Shown here piece after piece: positions 29,289-37,779 of a DNA stretch of 46,411 bases (the stretch's first letter is position 1; every line of letters begins with the position of its first letter). This stretch comes from Candidatus Vogelbacteria bacterium (lineage in GTDB: Bacteria > Patescibacteriota > Minisyncoccia > Phycocordibacterales > XYD1-FULL-46-19). The stretch is taken from the NCBI GenBank assembly GCA_023267075.1, contig JAHFNY010000002.1, positions 1-46,411 of the forward strand, in the 5' to 3' direction. The position numbers and the translations under genes are program-made. Under the pieces are notes generated by a model, which saw only the letters and a list, made by a program, of their open reading frames with translations, was not told the origin of the DNA and made no database searches.

Positions 29289-29800
29289 CCGTGTGAGTTT
29301 TTTTCTCGTTCTAGCAGGTAGTCAAGAGGAAAATGTGGTGTCAATTCGACGTTTTTTCGGTCAACCAAGCGGTTCGAGGTTGCAAATCTAACTAAATCGC
29401 GTTTTTCTTCGGAATTTGCCACTTTATAGTTAATCCAGGCCGTATTTGCGAGTTCGAGGATTCCCTGCACCTTAGATGGAATCTGTTGCTCTGTACCACT
29501 CGAAAGTTCCTGAATTTGTTCCTCTAGCCCCTTTCGCTCGAATAGCAGAGATTCCTTTCTCCTTTCAAAGGCTTCGCGATCGAGGGCTTGTTCCAAATAG
29601 GCGTCGGTCAACCGATCCATTCGGTCATTTGTTCGGGCTATTTGAAGGTTCAAACTTCGACTAATTTCTTCCTTTTTCGACTCCCACTTCTCGCTGTGCC
29701 TGGCTATTTCTTGGACCAAGTATCGCCATTCTTTTTCGCTAAACTGTAGCTGCTTGAAGAGAGCGAGAATTGCCTCATCGACTAGTTCCTCTCGTATTCC
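29234..29800 (-). pseudogene. C-terminal fragment of a large serine recombinase reading into the tRNA
   Basis: IREELVDEAI, a coiled coil (RMDRLTDAYLEQALDREAFERRKESL) and EEKRDLVRFATSNRLV resemble recombinase C-termini. The frame ends antisense inside the tRNA. No catalytic N-terminal domain is present. Confidence 0.65.
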
Positions 29801-30182
29801 GGTGTCGATTGCGTGCGAAATCAGCGTCAGTACATCGCCGGCACACGAATTGTCCAACATTGAAAAATGCCTTACCGCCGGATACACCCAAGTCGCGGTC
29901 ATATCTTCTGACGCGAAAAAACTTGCGGACATTGAAAAACAAACCAAGGCCAAATTCCTCAGCGAGCAGTTAATGCGAATACACTTCGTGACGCCGGAAC
30001 AATTGTTCGCAATCATTGAACGTTTTGAAGCGATGTCGGCAAGCACGGTGAAAACAGTCAAAGGCTACCGGGTAAAAGTGAATTATCAGCCGGTTGGCTC
30101 GAAGGACAAGCAGGCCCGGAGACGGGTTGTATCAAATGTAATTACGTCGGCTCTAGGTCGTATACGGTCAAGAAAAGGCTAG
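29800..30182 (+). pseudogene. 5'-truncated fragment, resembling the C-terminal domain of conjugative-element ATPases
   Basis: SIACEISVSTSPAHELSNIEKCLTAGY...VKGYRVKVNY... is protein-like, lacks a credible start and abuts the recombinase fragment head to head. The family assignment is from memory only. Confidence 0.45.
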
Positions 30183-30469
30183 CAGATGATCGCCTATGTT
30201 ACGCAATCACGCAACATCGTTACGCAACGCAACAAAGATCTGTCGAAATAGCCTCTACGGTGACATTTTTCCTGCAAGCATATCCACCTAACGCCGAAAT
30301 CAGACCAATGTTTAAGATTGGCTACGATTCAAGGCTTACTCCTTGCAGTAATATCAGTTCTAGGTTATAGTCTTCAAATAATAGCCCTTCCTCGTGAGGC
30401 AACTGCTCACGGCGATCGGTTACAAACCCAATCCCTATGCAACAATCCGGCAGTAGCAAGGAGAAAGAC

Positions 30470-30793
30470 ATGCACGAAAACAGCAAGTATTCCGTAATCA
30501 TCACTACCTGTGGAACCCGTGAATCAGCAGAAAAAATCGCGGGGGCACTCTTGGATCAAAAACTTGCCGCATGCATTCAAATTTTTGATGTCACGAGCCT
30601 CTATACATGGAAGGGGCAGGTAAACAAGGACAACGAAAGTCTCCTTCTTATCAAGGCCAAAGCGGAACTCTACAATGAGATTGAGGAGTGTATTCGTCAG
30701 AATCATACCTACGAAGTACCGGAGATCGTGCAACTTCCGATAGTCAACGGATTCAGCTCATACCTCCAGTGGATCTCAGAGGTCAGTAAATGA
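30470..30793 (+). CDS. cutA: Divalent-cation tolerance protein CutA
   Basis: LAACIQI, SLYTWKG, HTYEVPEI, YLQWI; SD AAGGAG upstream of ATG 30470. Confidence 0.92.
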   Translation: MHENSKYSVIITTCGTRESAEKIAGALLDQKLAACIQIFDVTSLYTWKGQVNKDNESLLLIKAKAELYNEIEECIRQNHTYEVPEIVQLPIVNGFSSYLQWISEVSK

Positions 30794-31086
30794 CCATTAC
30801 TGGTTCTATTCTCCTTTCCAGCGCGGCCACAATTGGGGGGTTTTTTCTTCGTCTCGCATATGAGTTCGTCAGAGATAAACGTCGATTCAAAAAAGAACTG
30901 CGCGACAACAATCACATAGACGTATCTGGAACTGATTGGCACGCTGCTTGGCAGACAAGCGTCGAAATCTGGTGGAGCGCGTACCGTCGCGTGAACTGCG
31001 TCTGGTTCAGGCTTCGAATTAGTTCACGTCACGTAGAAAGGTTATCTGCGGCCTACAAGATACCCGGACGAAATAAATCAGGCTAG
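30790..31086 (+). CDS. Hypothetical protein with an N-terminal TM segment, probably truncated
   Basis: ATGA-coupled to cutA. The first ~59 aa look protein-like and the remainder looks like read-through into unrelated DNA. Confidence 0.4.
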   Translation: MTITGSILLSSAATIGGFFLRLAYEFVRDKRRFKKELRDNNHIDVSGTDWHAAWQTSVEIWWSAYRRVNCVWFRLRISSRHVERLSAAYKIPGRNKSG

Positions 31087-31259
31087 TCATCCGAAAAAGG
31101 TCATTGGCAGCCCTGAAAGTCCACGTCCTTCAGAAAAGAAGCCTCGCCATACTTACTGGCGAGGCGAACAAACTGTTTCCACGACGCCAATCATCAAGTT
31201 GCGCTTGGCGATATCTCGGCTCCAAAAATTGCGGAGTATATTCTTTGGACCAACGTAAA

Positions 31260-31514
31260 TTATCGAATCAAAGACTCCTTGTCTTCCGTCAGCGTAATCC
31301 AGTCTCTAACCAATGTGAGCGACCTGATTAGGGGTACAATGTCTCGAGGAGTAAATACCTTCGTCTTCTGAATCCGATTTCCCCGACAGCAAGACTTGAA
31401 AACTAAGATCCTAAGCCTAAACCCGTCATTCCCCAATCTCCCGAAAACTTGCACCGATATACAATTTAATGTCGTGTCGTGGATTAGACTCCAGTTACGA
31501 TTGAAACAAGCCAT
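31260..31514 (-). CDS. Hypothetical protein (84 aa)
   Basis: Strong SD GAGGAGG 8 nt before ATG 31514. Confidence 0.5.
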   Translation of the reverse strand: MACFNRNWSLIHDTTLNCISVQVFGRLGNDGFRLRILVFKSCCRGNRIQKTKVFTPRDIVPLIRSLTLVRDWITLTEDKESLIR

Positions 31515-31747
31515 CTAGATTTCCTCCTCGCCGACGGCGATAACTCACCGCCCCCACAATGGAGGCGGTAAGAACGCCGGGCGAAAAGTCCATCAGACAA
31601 CCTTAGTGGAAATCATAACCGCTTAACATCTGGCTATCACATATCAATATCCAAATACAGCATATATCTGTTTATACATTTGTCAAGTTATATATACTCT
31701 ATCCAAAACCTCGGATGCACTAACCGGAACAGACTAATCTTCTCTCT

Positions 31748-33140
31748 TCATTCCGCGTCAAGATTTGGAAAAAGAAAATCCGATTTCCGTTTGGCCATTC
31801 TTAAAATCGACACTATTTCCGTTTCTTTACTGACCTCCGACAAATGCCACATAGACTTGAGAAATGCTAATCGTATGTTCATGTATTTAATACTCACGTC
31901 ACATCCAATACTAAATGGTACGCCAGTCGCGGGATCGAGTAGAAAGGGTCCATACTGGTAATTACTAAAATCAGGTTCACTTGAAATGTTTTCTCTACTC
32001 AAAAAAACCTTGGCTTCCTTCTCCTTCTCGATCCAGCGGTCTAATACCGAACAAAGGCTCCTAGTGAGAGCAAGATATCCGATCAAAGATTCAAGTCGCC
32101 TGGAATGAAGTTGCTTTTCACACAGGCCAGTAATACCAAAATCCACATCTGCAGGGCGGGCAAAAGTCCACTTACTTTCAAGAAATCCGGCTATTTGCTT
32201 ATCAACCTTCTTATTTGTACTCCCAAGTGCCTTGAACCATTCGCGCCTCAACGCCTTAACTCTCGGTTTGTCTTTGCACTCCTCGCTGTTTTGCCCAAGA
32301 AACATATCGACCGCCCGCACAATTCTAACGAAATAGGACAAAATCGGTGTGCTTTGAATTTTATCTGACAGCCGCTCCGTAAGCATTCGTCTATACTCCA
32401 CATGAATAATTGATTCTAAGTCGTCATTCTGAATTTGTCTGGCAAAAGTATCCCACCATTCTTTGACGTGATCGCACCATTCTTGGGGAGTACGTGTCAT
32501 CGGGCCTTTTGTCCCATACTTCAACAAGGACCAAACAAGAAAACATCGAACTAGATGTTCGAGCAACAATACATCCTTACGCGACCCCTCTTGCTGGGAT
32601 GTCTTAGGATGCAAGGCAAGCAACCGTAAATGGGTCCTGCAGTAAACATTGGGTATGCCTCCAAAAACGAGAATTCCCAGAATATACTCGACGGCCATTT
32701 CTTTCAGCTCGGCGGATAAGGCACTATGATCTGTATCATCTGGTGGAATATCAAGCAGCTTCAGTACTTTCTCCCCTTCGAGGTCTGGGCGCGCGCGAGT
32801 GAAACGACCGGCAAGCTGAAGAGTGACGGCCAGCGTCTTTCTTATGTCGTGAAATGCTGCGATCTTGAGCTCGGGAAGATCAAAGCCTTCTCCCAACATG
32901 TCTACACAGACGATGATTCGCGCCTCTTTAGAGACAATCTTTTGCCGGATCAACTCACGCTGTCGGACCGACTTAATGCCTGTGTGGAGTTGGACGGGGT
33001 TAAACTCCGGGTACTGTCTGTACAGTTCGAAGACTTCCTTCGCGCGGGCGACGTTTTCGACACGGGCCATCAAAATATGGCCCTTCTTCCTATCATGGCG
33101 AAGTCGTTCTATAGCACAGTCTGCAATGGCCTTGGCAGGG
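31748..33140 (-). pseudogene. Chimeric ORF: internal SF2 helicase fragment joined to an unrelated region
   Basis: About 33140-32780 reads KAIADCAIERLRH...HILMARV...IIVCVDMLGEGFDLPELKI...LQLAGRFTR (helicase motifs V/VI). An in-frame TAG lies just upstream and no Walker A or DExH motif is present. The remaining ~340 aa are unrecognised. Confidence 0.6.
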
Positions 33141-33568
33141 CACTACCGAACGATGCGACAGGGGCTAAGCAGCCTGTTATTGCGATTACGGTCTACGACG
33201 AGCGATAAGTGGAATCCAGAAGAATAACACTGGCAACGTAGCGCTTGTATCGGCAGCGGTGAGATAGAATCGGAGTGGCAATGAACCTACGGTGCCAATT
33301 ATTCCAGTGTTTTGACGAGATGTGAGTAAGATCGCAAGGACTTCGAGACGTTGGCAGAGACAATCACTTAGTTCTTTGTAGAGGGCGAAGTAGACTTGGG
33401 GACTTCAGGGACTTTGTTTTGATAGTGCGCTATAATCTTTTCAACCATATCGCGCAACACCTTGAAAGTTCGAGGTCTGTCTCGATACGGGGCACACTTT
33501 TTAAGTAAAAGAAAAGGCCCGGCCGCACTGCGAGAGTACGGGGGGGCCAAATGTGAACGAGAAAACAT

Positions 33569-33784
33569 TCAGGGGACGACGACTTCCACCTTAAGACCTT
33601 GAAACATATGGGTCTCGGTAATATGTCCGGTTGGCGCTGAAAACCAAACATGATCAGCATCTTGTGGACCTTGAGTTTTGATCCTGTGAACAGCAATCAA
33701 CATAGCCATCACAAAAAGTGTCGCTATGGCCCAATACCACCACTGATGCTTGCGAGATAACATCGCATCAAAAAATCGGTTCAT
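33569..33784 (-). CDS. Small membrane-anchored hypothetical protein, possibly a disrupted longer gene extending to 33368
   Basis: SD GGAGGAG, one TM helix; its TGA is immediately followed by an in-frame ATG ORF (33568-33368). Confidence 0.45.
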   Translation of the reverse strand: MNRFFDAMLSRKHQWWYWAIATLFVMAMLIAVHRIKTQGPQDADHVWFSAPTGHITETHMFQGLKVEVVVP

Positions 33785-33992
33785 CTCTATTCTCCTCCGT
33801 GTTAGCGCCGGTGCTGGCGCTTATTTGTTACCTAAATACAATTGGAATGCGAAAAAAAGTAAGGCAACCGCCAAATAAAACAACGGTTCACCCATCAGCA
33901 AGAAGTAGTCTCTTACTATTTTCATATGGAAAGACCCCCTAAGTTGTTCTACTTAAGAGGTTAGCATAGTTAAAGCAAAAAGTCAAGTATCC

Positions 33993-34011
33993 TTTCTTTT
34001 GTTCCGTTTAT
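33993..34011. repeat. 3' arm of the 16S processing stem (pairs with 36484-36502)
   Basis: tttcttttgttccgtttat is the exact 19-nt reverse complement of ataaacggaacaaaagaaa at 36484-36502. Confidence 0.85.
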
Positions 34012-34296
34012 AGAGGCTTTTACGAGATCCTCCAACTCACGTTGATTGTTACTCCTGCTCTTTCGAAACGAGCACGATGAGGGCTACAACGATCCCTCTC
34101 CCCACTCTAGTCTTGCGACCGTGAGTGGGGACGACCTGTAAGTAATAGGCTGACGCCCATTACAGACTGGAATAAATTCCACGACCAGCTTCCGCTAGCC
34201 GTGCCTTGTTACGACTTAACCCTTGTCACCGAGCTTACCGTAGGGTCGCCAAAGGCGACACTTTGGGCATTCCCGGCTCCCTTGGCTTGACGGGCG

Positions 34297-35146
34297 ATTA
34301 TCTTTTAGAAACTTAAAATTGATGTTCCCACGTAGCAGGCGGATTTCCCGCACTACGCGAGCTCTAGTGCATTTTGGCCTTTAGCTTAGCTAAACGGACC
34401 AAACCAGCTTGGGTGTGATGAACACCCCGTTCAATCAATGTAAGCATTTGGCAAAACAATTCAAAATCACGCCTTTTTGAAGGTAATCGCAAGCGATTTT
34501 TCTTGAAAAAGGGAACGATTATTTTACCCAAATGATCACGATGAGTGACCTCAAAACGATAACAGTGTTGATGATTACGACGATTATCTTTCTGGAAATA
34601 GACATTACCACAACCAAAATATAATTTAAGTTGATCAAGAATAGTTTTATCCTTCTCAATCAACTTGAGATAAAAACGTGGTTCCGCTTTTACCCGACGT
34701 TTAACTTTAGGCGAAGTAGCCTCTCGGACATAAACCGTAAAGCTGCCTTCGCCATCTACTAAACCAACAATGTAATCTTTTGTAAGCATTTAGACACTAG
34801 AGTGAGCCCTTCTCCCTATATAATTTGGGATACTATGGCTCAGCTGACTTCTGACGCTGCGTAAGTTTCATTATACCTCGCCTAACGGCGGATAACAACG
34901 TCAGATCTCCACAGGTAAGTTATAGCACTCTTCCCTTCATCCTCAACGTGACTTGTCTTAGATCTTCACCACGCTCACCGCCCCTCCGTGGTTCAATCAT
35001 CACTTTTTATGTTAAGGCTAAAGTTTGCTTCCAGATCCTTCACCCTAGACCTCGCGGTGCTAGGGCTATCTTTCAGCTACGCTCTGGGACGACCAGAGGA
35101 GTCGATTTTAACGACTTAGTTCTATAACCAGCTGCGCGCTTTTATT
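34297..35146 (-). mobile_element. 850-nt group II-like intron at E. coli position ~1399/1400, with a LAGLIDADG ORF in domain IV
   Basis: Removing 34297-35146 restores GTACTCACCGCCCGTC. Domain V-like hairpin at 34327-34361 (CGC triad, GAAA-type loop, 2-nt bulge); domain III-like GAAGTCAGCTGAGCCATAGTA...GAAGGGC; 3'-terminal AT; exon-binding loop at 34974-34983. Confidence 0.88.
34364..34789 (-). CDS. Single-motif LAGLIDADG homing endonuclease (intron-encoded)
   Basis: YIVGLVDGEGSF, YFGCGNV, IIVPFF, KRRDFELF; 141 aa; the stop sits immediately before domain V. Confidence 0.93.
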   Translation of the reverse strand: MLTKDYIVGLVDGEGSFTVYVREATSPKVKRRVKAEPRFYLKLIEKDKTILDQLKLYFGCGNVYFQKDNRRNHQHCYRFEVTHRDHLGKIIVPFFKKNRLRLPSKRRDFELFCQMLTLIERGVHHTQAGLVRLAKLKAKMH

Positions 35147-36146
35147 GTGAGTACAAGACTCGAGAACGTATTCACCGCAGTATAGCTGACCTGCGATTAC
35201 TAGCGATTCCAACTTCATGAGGTCGAGTTGCAGACCTCAATCCGAACTGGGGCCACCTTTAAGGATTAGCTCAGAGTTTCCTCGTCGCAACCTTTTGTAA
35301 TGGCCATTGTATCATGTGTGTAGCCCAGGATGTCAGAGGGACATGCTGACTTGGCGTCATCCTCGCTTCCTTTCGCCAGAGGCGAACAGTCTCGCGTGAC
35401 ACTTGTAACACGCGACGAGGGTTGCGTTCGTTTCCCCACTGAAGGGAACAACTCAAGCCACGAACTGACGACAGCCATGCATCACCTGCCCAACCGTCCT
35501 TGTGAGACATCTCAAGTTTCCTCGAGACTTCGTTTGGGTTTCAAACCCTGGTGAGGTTCTTCGTTTAGCGTCGAATTAAACCACATGATCCACCGCTTGT
35601 GCGAGTCCCCGTCTATTCTTTTGAGTTTTAGCCTTGCGGCCGTACTTCCCAGGCGGATCACTTAACGCGTTAGCTACGGCTCTCAGAGGGTCGATACTCC
35701 GAAAACCTAGTGATCATCGTTTAGGGCGTGGACTACTGGGGTATCTAATCCCATTCGCTACCCACGCTTTCGTGTTTCAGTGTCAGCTGAGTGCCAGCTA
35801 GCTGCCTTCGCTTTTGGTATTCCCCATGATATCAACGGATTTCACCCCTACACCATGAGTTCTACTAGCCCCTCACCCGCTCCAGTTTGGCCGTTTCCCT
35901 CGCCGCTTCCCGGTTAAGCCGGGAGATTTAACAAGAGACTAACCAGACCACCTACACACCCTTTACGCCCAATAATTCCGGATAACGCTTGGACCACTCG
36001 TCTTACCGCTGCTGCTGGCACGAGTTTAGCAGGTCCTTATTCATGAGGTACTATCAATAAAATTTCTCCCTCATAAAAGATGTTTACGCGCCGAAGCGCT
36101 TCATCCACCACGCGACATCGCTCCATCAGACTTTCGTCCATTGTGG

Positions 36147-36177
<31 letters not shown>

Positions 36178-36483
36178 ATGGGCCGTGTCTCAGTCCCATC
36201 GGTGGGGGTCAGGCTCTCACCTCCCCTACGCGTCATAGCCTTGGTAAGCCATTACCTTACCAACTAGCTGATACGTCGCAGGCCGCTCCCCAAGCGATAA
36301 ATCTTTACTCTTTCGAGACTATCGGGAATTATCTCGCCTTTCGGCGAGTTATGCCCGACTTGGGGGTGCGTTCCTACGTGTTACTACCTCGTTCGCCATG
36401 CCCCTTGCGGAGCATTCGACTTGCATGCCTTATCCATGTCGCCAGCGTTCATCCTGAGCCAAGATCAAACTCTTAGTTTAAAG

Positions 36484-36502
36484 ATAAACGGAACAAAAGA
36501 AA
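36484..36502. repeat. 5' arm of the 16S processing stem
   Basis: Perfect inverted repeat with 33993-34011. Confidence 0.85.
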
Positions 36503-36576
36503 AAATACTAAATACATTATTTGCACTTTCTATGTGCCCGCCCATACCGTTCAGTATGTTCGGGCAAGTGGATCGA

Positions 36577-36588
36577 TTGTCAAAGGAC
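36577..36588 (-). promoter_or_regulatory. boxA-like antitermination motif in the rRNA leader
   Basis: GTCCTTTGACAA between the promoter and the 16S 5' end. Confidence 0.45.
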
Positions 36589-36645
36589 TGGCCCTATTAC
36601 TCTAAATATGAGTCTCAAAAACGCGCCTCCTAAGGCGCAAGAGCC

Positions 36646-36673
36646 ATTATACACGAGGCCTAATAGGAGTCAA
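36646..36673 (-). promoter_or_regulatory. 16S rRNA promoter
   Basis: TTGACT, 16-nt spacer, TATAAT; ~165 nt upstream of the 16S. Confidence 0.8.
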
Positions 36674-36690
36674 GGTCTTTATTTAACAAC

Positions 36691-36719
36691 AAAAAAACCG
36701 AGGAGCAGACGCTCCTCGG
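36691..36719 (-). terminator. Rho-independent terminator
   Basis: CCGAGGAGC-GTCT-GCTCCTCGG followed by T7; lies downstream of the stop at 36747. Confidence 0.88.
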
Positions 36720-36746
36720 CCATAAATGGATTCAAGAACTCAAAAC

Positions 36747-37613
36747 TTAATTGGTGGATACTGTCTCCCCCGACGCCTTAGGAATATCAATCATGGCTAG
36801 CACTGGGTGATTAGCCGGAAGAACTTCCCGTAGGGTTTTCTCAAGACTTTCTCTAACCGCCCCAGCTCCTTTCGATTTCATGAACCGTTTAGAAGCTTCC
36901 AGATAACCTATGGCTTCAACTATCCCCCCAATCAACTTAGATTGTCTGGAGTAGTTAAAAGTAAAATAGGAGTGAAACGCGCTAAATTTTTTCAAAACCC
37001 ATCGAATCTCTGCAAAATCATGAGAATAAAACTCGCAGCACGATAGTAGATCTAAACCAATCAGTCTGTTACCTTGGTCATCTTTTATGTCAACCTCAGT
37101 AAAAGATAGATTGGAAAATCTTGCCAAACAGTAACCATACTTCATCCTGGTCCAAAGATAATGACCAAAGAACGAAAACAAGGACAATCGCAAACTAATA
37201 AATTCACCTTGGTTTCGTAGCCCCTCCTTGAACCAGGAGTCTTTGGTGGTAGTAGTAACCACAAAACCAGCCAATTTTTTACTGTGTATGTTATCCTCGC
37301 TGGTAGGATCAAGTTCACCTTCGATATCTTTCACCAAGACCCAGAGCTTGTAGCCGATGACGTTGTGCCGCCACCATTCGATTAGTCCTTGACGGAAGCG
37401 GATAACTATAACCAGCCAAACACACAACGAAATCGACATCAGAATTTGGTCCACGTAGCCCAAGTCGTTGTGGATATGACCAACGTGAAGTGACCACAGA
37501 TTATTCGGGATCAGATACATGGCAATAACAAAAGCCAACGGATACAGCCAGAGATAAATCTTCGGCCGATACTGCTTCGCCTCTTCCAAACTACTCAACT
37601 TAATCGCGTTCAT
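36747..37613 (-). CDS. Hypothetical membrane protein (two N-terminal TMs)
   Basis: Long ORF; SD-like AAGGAG before ATG 37613 (MNAIKL); followed by a terminator. Confidence 0.7.
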   Translation of the reverse strand: MNAIKLSSLEEAKQYRPKIYLWLYPLAFVIAMYLIPNNLWSLHVGHIHNDLGYVDQILMSISLCVWLVIVIRFRQGLIEWWRHNVIGYKLWVLVKDIEGELDPTSEDNIHSKKLAGFVVTTTTKDSWFKEGLRNQGEFISLRLSLFSFFGHYLWTRMKYGYCLARFSNLSFTEVDIKDDQGNRLIGLDLLSCCEFYSHDFAEIRWVLKKFSAFHSYFTFNYSRQSKLIGGIVEAIGYLEASKRFMKSKGAGAVRESLEKTLREVLPANHPVLAMIDIPKASGETVSTN

Positions 37614-37779
37614 CTCTTTTCTCCTTTCCGGCCCAAAAAGGGCGGGATGTGCGTCGGGTGTAGTCTCTAGCCACAAGCTAGTCTAACCGGACCACCAATT
37701 TCAAGGAACTAAATCAGGACCACCCTGACTTAGCCGTATTATATCATATATAAATAAAAAAGCAAATTTTATTTTTTAC

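Larger units (their letters stand above)
29291..33360. mobile_element. Decayed tRNA-associated genomic island (right boundary approximate)
   Basis: Starts at the tRNA 3' end with a recombinase remnant; contains several truncated or fused genes, differs in composition from the flanks, and has genes with strong SD motifs. Confidence 0.65.

Noticed and set aside
30790..30970. TM plus 'DVSGTDW' ORF as a CBASS Cap15-like effector
   Set aside because: The resemblance is too short and no cyclase gene is adjacent, so it cannot be supported without a profile search.
33368..33784. TGA recoding (genetic code 25) suggested by an in-frame TGA-ATG junction
   Set aside because: TGA terminates other genes in the window (for example those ending at 7165, 16189, 24665 and 26649) and long genes have no internal TGA. 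A local disruption or two small ORFs is more likely.
29260..33990. attR direct repeat of the tRNA-Ile 3' end
   Set aside because: I could not find a second copy by eye, so the island's right boundary stays approximate.
34297..35146. Group I intron, the usual host of LAGLIDADG genes
   Set aside because: The 5' exon ends in C rather than U and the intron ends in AT rather than G. Domain V/III-like and EBS features point to group II.
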